NCBI GenBank assembly: GCA_043807425.1
Contig: JAZDFZ010000019.1
Location: 27,436-91,435 of the forward strand
Origin: Actinomycetota bacterium
GTDB lineage: Bacteria; Actinomycetota; Geothermincolia; Fen-727; Anoxymicrobiaceae
Length of the DNA: 64,000 nt
Direction of reading: 5' to 3'
Of the stretch, positions 8,693 through 19,133 are shown piece by piece. Each line of letters begins with the position of its first letter. The stretch's first letter is position 1. Made by a program: the position numbers and the translations under genes. The notes under the pieces are model-generated. The model saw only the letters and a list, made by a program, of their open reading frames with translations. It did not search any database and was not told where the DNA came from.

Positions 8693-9820
8693 CTAACCTT
8701 CTTCGCCGCCGGTGGGCATCGTGGCACGTGTATCCGGACCCATGCTGCCCTCCTCCAGGAACGCCATTATCCGTGCATACGGCAGATGATAGAGCATGTC
8801 CACGTGCCCGTAGCCCTTCATCTCGATGAACCATCGGCGCTCCGAGGAGACCCGGTCGATGACCCCGCCCTTCACGTGGAACGGCCTGATGAAGTCCTCG
8901 GTACCCGCGGCGGCGACCAGAGGGGTGGTTATCTCTCCCATGCCGGCGCCGTAGTCGAAGGGCTCGTGGCCCTCGGGCGCGTAGGAGGAGAGTGCCCCGG
9001 TCCTGATGTCCCGCACTGTCTGTGCGACCTCTCGCAGCGCGACGTCGCCACCGGCCCATATCCCGAACAGCCTGCACGCCTCGAACCCCATGTTGCGATA
9101 GACCATGTACAGGTCCAGGAACGGGCTGGACATGATGAGACCGGCCAGCCACGGATGCCGGAACCCGAGCCGGCGCGATAGCCGGCCGATTCCCAGGCCG
9201 GGCCTCGTGGCCGCGCGCCTGTTCAGCCAGTCCTCGAAGCGTCTCAACGCCCTCTTCACGCGCGGAAACCTGCTTATGCGCTCCAGCAGCGGGGGCCGGG
9301 GGTCGTCCACCAGGACCGACATGCTCCCGACGGTCAGCGCGCCCGCGACCATCTGGTTGCGCCGTTCGGCCTCGGCGGCATCACGGTGGACCTTGCGCTC
9401 GGGGTCACCGGGCTCCATCACCGCTCCCTGCAGGTAGACGTAGATGGACATACCTCCGAACGAGTGCCCGATGTAGAAGACCGGCCGCCCCGTCTCCCGG
9501 TACACGTGCTCGATGACCGCGGGCAGGTCGAAGACGCCCAACTCGTCGCCGGCCCCGCCCCACCCTCCGTCGTCGCTGCGCCACGGCGGGTGCCCCGCCC
9601 CGCGGAAGTTCACCAGCCAGACCTCGTACCCCAGGCCGTAGAGCACCCTCGCGATGTTGAACCCGTACAGCGGGAGGTCGAAGGCGTAGGCACTGGAGGC
9701 CAGCCCGTGGCCGCAGACGACCGCCCTGGCGCCGGGCTTCCTGTATCGCCGGCACCGCAGCGTGACCCCGTCCGCGGTCTGGATCTCGACCGTCTCCGGG
9801 TTGGGCATCATTCCGCTCAT
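8693..9820 (-). CDS. Alpha/beta hydrolase (lipase/esterase-like)
   Basis: GHGLAS oxyanion motif, GHSFG nucleophile, AGTED, YGHVD. Confidence 0.88.
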   Translation of the reverse strand: MSGMMPNPETVEIQTADGVTLRCRRYRKPGARAVVCGHGLASSAYAFDLPLYGFNIARVLYGLGYEVWLVNFRGAGHPPWRSDDGGWGGAGDELGVFDLPAVIEHVYRETGRPVFYIGHSFGGMSIYVYLQGAVMEPGDPERKVHRDAAEAERRNQMVAGALTVGSMSVLVDDPRPPLLERISRFPRVKRALRRFEDWLNRRAATRPGLGIGRLSRRLGFRHPWLAGLIMSSPFLDLYMVYRNMGFEACRLFGIWAGGDVALREVAQTVRDIRTGALSSYAPEGHEPFDYGAGMGEITTPLVAAAGTEDFIRPFHVKGGVIDRVSSERRWFIEMKGYGHVDMLYHLPYARIMAFLEEGSMGPDTRATMPTGGEEG

Positions 9821-9843
9821 GCGTAGAAGTCCCGGCTTCCTTT

Positions 9844-9882
9844 CCCCCTCTCCCCTGGAGGGAGAGGGTCGGGGTGAGGGGG
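9844..9882 (-). repeat. REP-like element family B (CCCCTCACCCCGACCCTCTCCC..GGGAGAGGG)
   Basis: Reverse copy of the element at 21937-21973 and 39717-39753. Confidence 0.85.
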
Positions 9883-9884
9883 TC

Positions 9885-12230
9885 TCACGGCACGTACATC
9901 ACGTTGTCCTGCACCCGGGCGCTCGTCCCCAGCCCCTGGACTATCGCGGCCACCTGGTTTATCCAGGAGGTCCCCGCCTCCCCTCCCATGATGGTCGGGC
10001 GGCAGTTGTCTATGTGGACCGGGCGGGACTCGGCCTGCAGGAACCCACGCGAGTCGAGCGATATCCGGGTCAGTATCGTGTAGTGCCCGGCGTCGCTGCC
10101 CGGGTTGAACACGAAGTTGCCCAGCGAGTAGCAGATCAGCCCGCCGTTGTATATCTCCATCCCCTGCACCACGTGCGGGTGATGGCCCAGCACGATGTCC
10201 GCGCCGCAGTCAATTGACAGCCGCGCGAGGTTCGCCTGGCGCGCCGTCGGGGTGTACTCCTTCTCGTTGCCCCAGTGGAAGGAGACCACCACGAAGTCGG
10301 CGTTGAGGCTCGCCGCCTGGACGTCGGCGATGAGCCTGCCCGTGTCGGTCGCGTCGCAGACACCCGGGTAGCCGGCATCCGCGTACCATCCCGCGGTACC
10401 GATGTCGTCGTACGCCATGAAGGCCACGCGCAGTCCCTCGGCGTCGAGGTACGCGGGGACGTGTGCGCTCTCGTAGTCGGCCCCCGCGCCGCAGTGGGCG
10501 ATGCCGAACCCGTCCAGGTAACCCAGGCAGTCGAGAAGCGCCACCGCCCCGTAGTCCCGGGCGTGGTTGTTGGCCTGCGAGACTACGTCCACCCCTGCGT
10601 CACGCATGGCCGGCAGGGCGTTTGGGTCGCCCTCGAAGGTGAACGTCTTCCCGGGGACCGGCGAGCCCTGGTATGACATGGTGCACTCCAGGTTCGCGAA
10701 CCCCAGGGTCGCGTCCGAGATATACGGGCTGACCCCGGTCCACACGTACCCGAAGCCGTTGGCGGCCAGAGTCGGCGACACGTCGCCACCGAGGTTCACG
10801 TCCCCGAGCACGGCCATCGACCATTTCGCCGTGCTGTAGTAGTCGAAGTAGATGGGCCGCTCGGCGATTATCTCCGTGCCGTTGGTCGTGGCGACGGTGG
10901 CGGAGAAGTCGTGGGCCGGGTCGTTGCCCTCCCCCAGCACGTCCTTGACGAAGACGGTCGCCCGGCTGTTGGGGCCGACGTCGAGGGCCTGAGCCCGGCT
11001 CGTCCCGTCGGCGAGCATGTAGGTGACGCTCACGGAGGCGGGCGAGGCTCCCGGGTTCTGGATACACAGGTAGGCGTCGAAGCCTGGGCGGCAAGTGCCC
11101 TCGGCGAACATGAACGACTGGGCCGGAGATGTCGCGCCCACCACGTCGTGGCCCCCGGTCCAGGCCCCCTTGTAGTTGAAGTACATGGGGCGCTCGACGA
11201 TGACCTTGCTCCCGTCGGTCGTCTCCACGCTGGCAGAGAAGTCGTGGGCCGGGTCATCGAACTCGCCCAGCACCTGCTTGACGACGACCGTGGACCGCGA
11301 GTGGGGGCTGATGGCCAGGGACTGGGCCTGGGTAGCGCCGGTGCCCAGCATGTAGGTGATCCTGAGGCGGGAGGTCTTGTCGCTCGGGTTCTGGATGCAG
11401 AGATAAGGATCGAAGCCGGGGCGGCACGTCCCCTCGGCGAAGTGGAACTCGGTCGATGGGGCGGTCGCGCCCACTACGTCGTGCCCGCCGGTCCAGCCGC
11501 CCTTGTAGTTGAAGTACATCGGGCGCTCGGCCACGATAAGCGCGCCGTTGGTCGTCTCCACGTGCGCGGAGAAGTCGTGCGCGGCGTCGTCGCCCTCGCC
11601 CAGCAGGTGCTTTGGGACGACCGTCGAACGGCTGTGCGCACCGACGGTCAGGTTCTCCTCGCGCGTGGTGCCGTCGCCCAGCATGTAGGTGACGAGCACG
11701 GCGGCGTCTCCGGAGCCCGGGTTCTGGATGCACAGGTAGGGGTCGAAGCCAGGGCGGCACGTCCCCTCGGCGAAGAACCACTCCGGCAGGGGTCCGTTGG
11801 TCCCCACCACGTCGTGACCCCCCGTCCAGACACCGTTGTACCGGAAGTACATGGGCCGCTCGGCGACCACCGGGACTGCCGACTCGACCTTCATCGAAAC
11901 GTCGTGCCCGGGCCCCAACTCGAGGTTCACATCCACGGTGGTGCGGCTCGCGGCGCGCAGTTCGTACGTCTTCACTTCGGTGCTGCCGTCCTCGAGCATG
12001 TAAGTGAAGGTCGCGCTGGTATCGTTGCCCGCGGGGTTGTAGAGGCAGACCCACTCGTTGAACCCGGTGCGGGTCGTCCCCTCGGCGAAGTACCAGGTCG
12101 TGGCGGCCTGGGTGCACCCCACCACGTCGTGCCCCCCGGTCCACCCGTTGGAGGCGAGCGCCGACGGAGCCGCCAGCGTGAGTACGATGGCAGCAAGGGC
12201 CAGTGACGCGATTATCCTTCTCTGGAGCAT
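9885..12230 (-). CDS. Secreted CapA-family metallophosphoesterase with four N-terminal WYFAEG (DUF5719-like) repeats
   Basis: Signal peptide; 4 repeats; LGDVNLG, ANLEC, ANNHARDYG, SFHWG, GHHPHVVQ, YSLGNF. Confidence 0.9.
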   Translation of the reverse strand: MLQRRIIASLALAAIVLTLAAPSALASNGWTGGHDVVGCTQAATTWYFAEGTTRTGFNEWVCLYNPAGNDTSATFTYMLEDGSTEVKTYELRAASRTTVDVNLELGPGHDVSMKVESAVPVVAERPMYFRYNGVWTGGHDVVGTNGPLPEWFFAEGTCRPGFDPYLCIQNPGSGDAAVLVTYMLGDGTTREENLTVGAHSRSTVVPKHLLGEGDDAAHDFSAHVETTNGALIVAERPMYFNYKGGWTGGHDVVGATAPSTEFHFAEGTCRPGFDPYLCIQNPSDKTSRLRITYMLGTGATQAQSLAISPHSRSTVVVKQVLGEFDDPAHDFSASVETTDGSKVIVERPMYFNYKGAWTGGHDVVGATSPAQSFMFAEGTCRPGFDAYLCIQNPGASPASVSVTYMLADGTSRAQALDVGPNSRATVFVKDVLGEGNDPAHDFSATVATTNGTEIIAERPIYFDYYSTAKWSMAVLGDVNLGGDVSPTLAANGFGYVWTGVSPYISDATLGFANLECTMSYQGSPVPGKTFTFEGDPNALPAMRDAGVDVVSQANNHARDYGAVALLDCLGYLDGFGIAHCGAGADYESAHVPAYLDAEGLRVAFMAYDDIGTAGWYADAGYPGVCDATDTGRLIADVQAASLNADFVVVSFHWGNEKEYTPTARQANLARLSIDCGADIVLGHHPHVVQGMEIYNGGLICYSLGNFVFNPGSDAGHYTILTRISLDSRGFLQAESRPVHIDNCRPTIMGGEAGTSWINQVAAIVQGLGTSARVQDNVMYVP

Positions 12231-12244
12231 TGATACCCCTGGTC

Positions 12245-12472
12245 TCAAGAAGCGACTGGTTCCGCGATCGCGATGTATTCGGCGAAAGAGCTCGAGTCAG
12301 GAACCGGCTGGCCGTCCTCGATGAGACCTTTGACGTGCAACTCGAGCGCCTCGTGCATATTCTTTTCGGCCTCTTCCCTCGTCTCACCGGTAGCGACACA
12401 ACCGGGCAGATCGGGTGAATATGCCGAATAGTTGCCGTTAGCCTTCTCTATTACTACCAGGAAACGGAACAT
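12245..12472 (-). CDS. hicB: HicB family antitoxin-like protein (no adjacent hicA)
   Basis: YSAYSPDLPGCVATGETREEA..EALELH. Confidence 0.88.
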   Translation of the reverse strand: MFRFLVVIEKANGNYSAYSPDLPGCVATGETREEAEKNMHEALELHVKGLIEDGQPVPDSSSFAEYIAIAEPVAS

Positions 12473-12511
12473 CTTTTAACTCTCCTCTGGATTCCTTATC
12501 TTAGCACGGGG

Positions 12512-13415
12512 TCAGCGGGAAATGAGGAACTCGCTCTCGGGGTCGTGGGTGGCGAGGCGGCGGGCGGCCTGGTCGCGGTCATTCACCGCGTAGCAGTAGG
12601 CGCAGCCGCGGGGGCAGGTGCGGTAGTTGCCGATGTCGCGGCTCTCGAAGCAGCCGCAGTCCTCGCGGTGAGGCTTTCGCCTGGCGTGCACGGTCGCGGG
12701 CTCGATGCCAAGGTGGCGGGCCACGTCCTCCAGCCGCCCAGGGTTTATACATGAGGCGGGTTCGACTCCCTGGACCAGCAGCCCGGGCTGAGCGCAGAGG
12801 CTGAGCCGCATCCCGCGGCCGGAGGCGGTGCTGGAAAGCTCGAGGAGAAGCCGCCGCTTCGCATCGTCGGGCGGGTCCTCCCAGGTGAAGCCGTGCTCGC
12901 GGGCGGCCGCGTCCAGGTTGCGTCTCGTCTTGCGGTAGACCTGCGCGAAGGAGACGATCACCTCGTCGTTTGCGCCCTCCAGCGAAGAGGCCAGGGCTTT
13001 AAAGCGCTCCAGGTGCCACTCCGGAGGGGTGAGCGACGAGAAGACGATGGGATCGTAGCGCCAGACCACGGCCCTCGGTCCGTACTCGTCGCGCAGGAGG
13101 TGCGCGCAGGCGGCGGCGCGCTCAGGGTCGGTGACCTCGCGGTCCAGCGCCTCGGGGGTACGGGATGATGGTGTGCTGAATGACGAACGGGAAACCGTGC
13201 TCGCGGGCGACGACCCGCAGGTTGTCGATGAACGGCTCCGGGTCCCTGGTCCAGAAGACGAACGCATCGACACCTTCCTCCCTTCGCAGGGGCACCCGGT
13301 ACGGCCGCCCGCCGTACGGGTTCACCACCATGCAGAAGCCGGCGGCGAGCCTGTTCATGAACCACTCGCCGTAGTAGGTCGGTATGTCGGTGCGGTAGCT
13401 CGCCGATACGATCAC
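12512..13415 (-). pseudogene. DUF1848 family protein with a +1 frameshift at the G5 run 13154-13158 (pseudogene or sequencing error)
   Basis: N-part IVSASYRTDIP..FWTRDP; C-part WRYDPI, CGCFESRDIG, CPRGCAYCYA in another frame; removing one base gives ..PYP-EALD.. Confidence 0.8.
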
Positions 13416-13458
13416 TCTTCTCTACCTCCGCTCTCCAGTATGACCGTTCAGCGTCGGT

Positions 13459-13491
13459 TTTTCGCATCGGCGTCTGACCCCGATGCGAAAA
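13459..13491. repeat. Hairpin TTTTCGCATCGG-CGTCTGACC-CCGATGCGAAAA (family C)
   Basis: 12-bp perfect arms; identical 29-nt core at 28951-28979. Confidence 0.85.
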
Positions 13492-13509
13492 TCTGATAGG
13501 CTCAGGGGC

Positions 13510-14405
<896 letters not shown>

Positions 14406-14409
<4 letters not shown>

Positions 14410-15203
14410 CGGGCTCACTCATCCTCAAGACTGTGCGCGAGCGCTGGAGGATGGCCGCGATATTCGCCGGCGTCATCGTGGGCTACGCCCTGCTCCTGGC
14501 GGCGATTTATCCCAGCATCGGCAAGGTGAAGGTGGACTACGCGAAGCAGATCCCCAAGGCTTTCGCCAAGTTCTTCGGGGCCAGCACCTTCAACATCACC
14601 ACCTACAACAACTACGTGGCGATACAGTTCCTCACCCTGATGTGGGTGATCCTTGTCGCCGCGTTCGTCATCTCGATGGCGCGCCGGATGGTCGCGGGCG
14701 AGCTCAAGGACGGCACGCTGGAGTTCCTGCTCTCCCAGCCGGTCCAGCGCTGGAGGCTGCTCAGCGTCCAGGCGATGCTCCTGCTGGCGGCCATCGTCGG
14801 GTTCGTGCTGGTGACCGTGGGCAGCCTGGTTGCCTTCGGCGCGGCATTCGGGGTGATGGAGACCTACGCCGGGTATGCCGCCTTCATCCTGCCCGCCATC
14901 GCACTGCTGACGGCTATCGCGGGCTACTCGATACTGTTCTCCGCGTTGTTCAAGGACCCGGGCCGCGCCGCCCTGGCCGCCGCGGGTCTTACCCTGCTCT
15001 TCTATCTCATCAACTTCGCCGCGTCCTACTGGACGCGCATCGAGTTCATCGGCTGGGCCAGCATCTTCAAGTACTACCAGCCGCTCACCGTCCTGCAGAA
15101 GGCGACCGTGTCGCCGCGCGACGTGCTGATACCCGTCGCGTTCGGCCTGGCGTGCTTCGCCGGAGCCCTGTGGGCTTTCCAGCGCCGGGACGTAGCCCCC
15201 TGA
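14406..15203 (+). CDS. ABC-2 type transporter permease
   Basis: About six TM helices; AGELKDGTLEFLLSQPV motif; ATGA overlap with the ATPase. Confidence 0.9.
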
Positions 15204-15211
15204 CTCAAACC

Positions 15212-15261
15212 GGGGTCAGGCGGGATTCAAGTCAAATGACTTGAATCCCGCCTGGCACCCC
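15212..15261. repeat. Long palindrome GGGGTCAGGCGGGATTCAAGTCA-aa-TGACTTGAATCCCGCCTGGCACCCC (family C), possible terminator
   Basis: 18-bp perfect inner arms plus GGGGT/ACCCC ends, just after the permease stop. Confidence 0.8.
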
Positions 15262-15296
15262 TTTATTCGAGCGCGTCCGCGACTTATAGTACCGGT

Positions 15297-16319
15297 ATGG
15301 ACCTCGAGCGGCTCTACCTCCAGATGGCCCGGATGCGCGCCTTCGAGCTGGCGATAGGCGGCTTGTGGAAGCGCGGGCTGATATCCGGCGAGATGCACCT
15401 CGGGACTGGCGAGGAGGCCGTCATCGCCGGGGTCCTGGACCACCTCACCGACGGCGACTCCGTCTCGCTCGACCACCGTTCCACGCCCGCGCTCGTGGGG
15501 CGCAGGGTGGACATGACCCGCATCATCCTCGAACTCCTGGGCGACCCGGAGGGACTGTGCAGCGGCATGGGCGGTCACATGCACCTGTTCTGCCCGGCAC
15601 GGCTGGCCGCATCTTCCGGGATCGTGGGCTCGTCCGTCCCGCTCGGCGCGGGGTTCGCGCTGGCGACCCAGCACCTGCGTCCCGGCAAGGTCGCCGTCGC
15701 ATTCCTGGGTGAGGGTGCGATGAACCAGGGTATGGCCATGGAGGCGCTCAACCTGGCCGCGGTCTGGAAGCTACCGCTGATCGTGGTCTGCAAGGACAAC
15801 CGCTGGTCGATAACCACCCGCTCCGGCTCGGTGACGGCGGGCAACCTGGCGGACCGGGCCCGCTTGCTGGGGGTTCCGGGGGTCAAGGTGAACGGCCTGA
15901 GGGTAGAGAAGGTCTGGGGCGCCTCGGAGGGGCCGGTCGCCCGCGCGCGTGCAGGGGAGGGCCCGTCCTTCATCCACGCCCGCTGCGTGCACCTGGACGG
16001 CCACTTCCTGGGCGACCCCGTGCTGCGCATCTACGAGGACCCGATCGGGCAGGTGAAGCAGATGAGCGGGCCCCTGCTGGGCGCCGCGGTGAAACAGCCC
16101 GGCGCGGGCTGGACCACTCGTGCCGCGAGCCTCGGCGGCATCGGCGCGACCCTGGCCGGGCTCGGCATCGATACATACACGAGGCGCGACCCGGTGGACC
16201 TGGCGGGCAGGCAACTGGAGGTAGAGACCAGGGTCAAGCTCGATGAGGAATCGCGCACGGAGGTCAACGAGGCGGTCGCGAACGCCCTGGAGATGCTGGG
16301 AGCGTGGCCCGATGCCTGA
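15297..16319 (+). CDS. TPP-dependent 2-oxoacid/acetoin dehydrogenase E1 alpha subunit
   Basis: HLGTGEEA, GMGGHMH, GIVG, LGEGAMNQG..KDN TPP motif. Confidence 0.92.
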   Translation: MDLERLYLQMARMRAFELAIGGLWKRGLISGEMHLGTGEEAVIAGVLDHLTDGDSVSLDHRSTPALVGRRVDMTRIILELLGDPEGLCSGMGGHMHLFCPARLAASSGIVGSSVPLGAGFALATQHLRPGKVAVAFLGEGAMNQGMAMEALNLAAVWKLPLIVVCKDNRWSITTRSGSVTAGNLADRARLLGVPGVKVNGLRVEKVWGASEGPVARARAGEGPSFIHARCVHLDGHFLGDPVLRIYEDPIGQVKQMSGPLLGAAVKQPGAGWTTRAASLGGIGATLAGLGIDTYTRRDPVDLAGRQLEVETRVKLDEESRTEVNEAVANALEMLGAWPDA

Positions 16320-17319
16320 GATGACGTTCTCCGCGGCGATAGAGGCGGGGCTCGCGGCCGCGATGGAGGCCGACGAGACGGTCATCGTATTCGGCGAGGA
16401 CGTCGAACTGCTGCGAAACGACCTGCTGGTCCGCTTCGGCGGCAAGCGGGTGCGAAACACCCCCATCAGCGAGTCCGCCTTCCTCGGGGCCGCTGTCGGC
16501 GCGGCGATGATGGGCCTGCGGCCGGTCGTTGAGATCATGCTGGTGGACTTCCTCGGGGTCTGCTTCGACGCGCTGCTGAACCAGGCGGCCAAGATAGAGA
16601 CGTTCTCGGGCGGCGGCTTCAAGGTCCCGATGGTCGTTCGCTCGGCATGCGGCGCGGGGTACGGCGACGGCGGCCAGCACGAGCAGAGCCTCTGGGGGAT
16701 GCTCGCGGGTGTCCCGGGCCTTTCGGTGGTCGTGCCTTCCAACCCGGCGGACGCCGCGGGTTTGATGCTCGCCGCGGTCCAGGAGGACAGCCCGGTAGTC
16801 TACCTGGAGCACAAGATGCTGGCCGATTACTGGCTCGACTACATGGGTATCGGGAACCGCGAGGGTGTTACCTTCGATGTCCCGGCGGCAGGCGCCCGTG
16901 GAGAGGTCCGGCTGCCGGTGGAGCCGGTCCCGCTGGGGAAGGCGGCGACCCTGAGGGGCGGCTCCGATATTGCCTTCGTATCGCTAGGTTTGAGCGTGCA
17001 CAGATGCCTGGAGGCCGCCGCGGCCATGGGCTCGGAGGGCGTCCGGTCCACCGTCGTCGACCTGCGCTCGGTCCGGCCACTGGACACCGCAGCGATTCTG
17101 GAGGCCGCGCGCCGCTGCCGCCGGGTGGTCGTCGTGGACGAGGACTACCGCGCTTTCGGCCTCTCGGGCGAGGTCGCGGCCGTTATCGCGGAGTCCGGTA
17201 CAGACGCCCGCTTCGCCCGCGTCTGCACCGAGGGCACCATCCCCTACGCCCGCCGCCTGGAGGATACGGCCCTCCCCAACGTCGGCCGCATCCTGGAAGC
17301 CGCCCGGGGTATCTTGTGA
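16312..17319 (+). CDS. TPP-dependent dehydrogenase E1 beta subunit
   Basis: FGEDV, NTPISES, GLRPVVEIM, GGQHEQ, VVDLRSVRPLD. Confidence 0.92.
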   Translation: MPEMTFSAAIEAGLAAAMEADETVIVFGEDVELLRNDLLVRFGGKRVRNTPISESAFLGAAVGAAMMGLRPVVEIMLVDFLGVCFDALLNQAAKIETFSGGGFKVPMVVRSACGAGYGDGGQHEQSLWGMLAGVPGLSVVVPSNPADAAGLMLAAVQEDSPVVYLEHKMLADYWLDYMGIGNREGVTFDVPAAGARGEVRLPVEPVPLGKAATLRGGSDIAFVSLGLSVHRCLEAAAAMGSEGVRSTVVDLRSVRPLDTAAILEAARRCRRVVVVDEDYRAFGLSGEVAAVIAESGTDARFARVCTEGTIPYARRLEDTALPNVGRILEAARGIL

Positions 17320-17975
17320 AACGAATCCTTACGGGTGGAAGGCGGTTCCTGAGGTCCTCGGATGATTATGATCGAAGTCGATATCACGTCTTCAGGGATG
17401 CCTTAGACGGTGTGAGCATCGGGGTCGGCATAGAGACCCCGCCTCTCGTAGTCGCAGACCTCGGGGCTCCAAACTCGTTCGTGATGCCTCGCGGAGCAGG
17501 CCTTGCCGTGACACCCCTGCTCCTCATGCAGGACCTTTCGCACCTGGAGGTGGAATCGGTCATGGCTGATGGGGTGGCTAAGATCGTCCTCGAAGCCGAC
17601 AGTAAGAACCCGCTGAGGCCGCGAGGTGCCCCTGACGGCGACCCCATGATACCCACGGAGGTCAGGAAGAAGTACGACCTTCACGATTGGCCATACTCGG
17701 GGCGGACCGATATCGTCGCCGACACCCTGGCGGCAAGAATCACCAGTCAGCCGCTTGCCTTGATTTCGGCGATCAATAAGATCTCGGTGATCCTGGGCGA
17801 GTACAGGGTTACGATCCCCTTTGGACTATCGCCGCCGATGATGTTCGTTCCATTCTCGCTTGCCGGCATCCGGGAGAGGATCGAGAACCTGGAGCGACTG
17901 GAGAGAGGCGTGCGTGAGCCTCACCAAGAGGTGAGAGATGGAAGGCCGACGCTGATGCCCGAGGCCTGGGACTGA
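17316..17975 (+). CDS. HtpX/M48-like protein lacking HExxH (paralog 1, no N-terminal TM)
   Basis: APNSF..LAVTP.LL..L...EVESVMA, ADTLAARIT..P.AL..AI, ERIENL; GTGA overlap with E1 beta. Confidence 0.7.
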   Translation: MKRILTGGRRFLRSSDDYDRSRYHVFRDALDGVSIGVGIETPPLVVADLGAPNSFVMPRGAGLAVTPLLLMQDLSHLEVESVMADGVAKIVLEADSKNPLRPRGAPDGDPMIPTEVRKKYDLHDWPYSGRTDIVADTLAARITSQPLALISAINKISVILGEYRVTIPFGLSPPMMFVPFSLAGIRERIENLERLERGVREPHQEVRDGRPTLMPEAWD

Positions 17976-17980
17976 CTGCT

Positions 17981-18907
17981 TTGACGGAGCATCCGACCGG
18001 AACCCCTTCGGGTGGGGCACGCCTGCCGCGGCCCCCCGCGGCCGACCCGGCGAAGGATGGGGCCCGGTACATCCTCGTGATCTTCAGCCTCATACTGTCC
18101 GTCGCGGGCATCCTGATGCTCTTCTCCACAGCCAAGTCGGCAGGTCGTGGCGGTCCGCAGCCCTCTGCCGTCGTAGGCGTGGCCTGGCTCATCCTGGGGA
18201 TAGCACTGGGTGCTGCAGGTGTGGCTGCGATCACCGTAATGCTCACCCACCGGCTCGCCGTCTCACGGTTCTCAGGTCGGGGGCGCCGGGTCGCCGATAG
18301 CTACAGCACGAAGCGGTGTCACCGGTTCAGGGAGGCATTCGACGCGGTCAGCATCGGGCTTGGGATACAGGCCCCGCCTCTCGAGGTGATGGACCTGCCA
18401 TCGCCCAATGCGTACGTGCTGCCCGGGGGCCGCGGCCTGGCGGTGACCCCGACGCTCCTGGAGCAGGACATGTCCGACCAGCAGGTCGAGGCGGTGATGG
18501 CGGCGATCCTCGCCAGGCTGATCCTCATGCCCAAACCGGCCGTCCCCCTGCAGAGGCGCGGCTCCGTGGAGGAGGGTCCGGTGCTCTCCGACGAGATCAG
18601 GCACAGGTACGCGCTCGGTGCAAACGAGTACATGAATCGTCCGGGAGTCCTCGCCGACACCCTTGCGGCCAGGATCACCGGGAACCCGCGCGCGCTCATC
18701 GAGGCGATAGTCCAGGTCTCGTGGCTTGTGAAAAAGAAAAGGGTGACACCCTTCGGCGTACGACCGGCGATGATGTTCATCCGGCCCTCGATGGCAGGCG
18801 TGCAGGAGAGGGTAGAGAGCCTGGAGGGGCTGGAGAAAGGCATGCGCCGGCCGTACCACGAGGTAAGAGACGGCAGGCCGACCGCGATGCCTGAGGCGTG
18901 GGACTGA
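17981..18907 (+). CDS. HtpX/M48-like membrane protein lacking HExxH (paralog 2)
   Basis: Two N-terminal TMs; SPNAY..LAVTPTLL..QVEAVMA, ADTLAARITGNPRAL; same C-terminus EVRDGRPT.MPEAWD as paralog 1. Confidence 0.75.
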   Translation: MTEHPTGTPSGGARLPRPPAADPAKDGARYILVIFSLILSVAGILMLFSTAKSAGRGGPQPSAVVGVAWLILGIALGAAGVAAITVMLTHRLAVSRFSGRGRRVADSYSTKRCHRFREAFDAVSIGLGIQAPPLEVMDLPSPNAYVLPGGRGLAVTPTLLEQDMSDQQVEAVMAAILARLILMPKPAVPLQRRGSVEEGPVLSDEIRHRYALGANEYMNRPGVLADTLAARITGNPRALIEAIVQVSWLVKKKRVTPFGVRPAMMFIRPSMAGVQERVESLEGLEKGMRRPYHEVRDGRPTAMPEAWD

Positions 18908-18910
18908 TCC

Positions 18911-19079
18911 GGGCCAGGGATTAAGTCCTGTTCGAATCGGACCATTATTCGCGGACTGAAGTCCGCGCCCAAGCCCGACCCGTCAGCGGACTGAAGTCCG
19001 CTCCCAATCAGCAGTGAGGTTGGGCCGGGACTTCAGTCCCGGTAGGCGACGCGTCAGCGGACTGAAGTCCGCGCCCAAG
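18911..19079. repeat. BIME-like cluster of family A REP palindromes
   Basis: GCGGACTGAAGTCCGC at 18951, 18986 and 19057; CCGGGACTTCAGTCCCGG at 19025. Confidence 0.9.
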
Positions 19080-19133
19080 CCTGGATTTGATCGGGATGGA
19101 TCCCGGGCTGAGAGCCCGGGCTCAAGCATAGGC

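Noticed and set aside
9885-10830. Poly-gamma-glutamate capsule locus
   Set aside because: CapA domain only; capB and capC are absent.
16647-17315. N-terminal half of the 442-aa ORF 16647-17975
   Set aside because: Arg/Gly/Pro-rich off-frame read of E1 beta; the real gene most likely starts at GTG 17316.
18911-19079. Possible CRISPR array (also 55839-56026 and 5913-6007)
   Set aside because: Units alternate in orientation, spacers are short or identical, copies are dispersed, and no cas genes are present; this fits REP/BIME elements.
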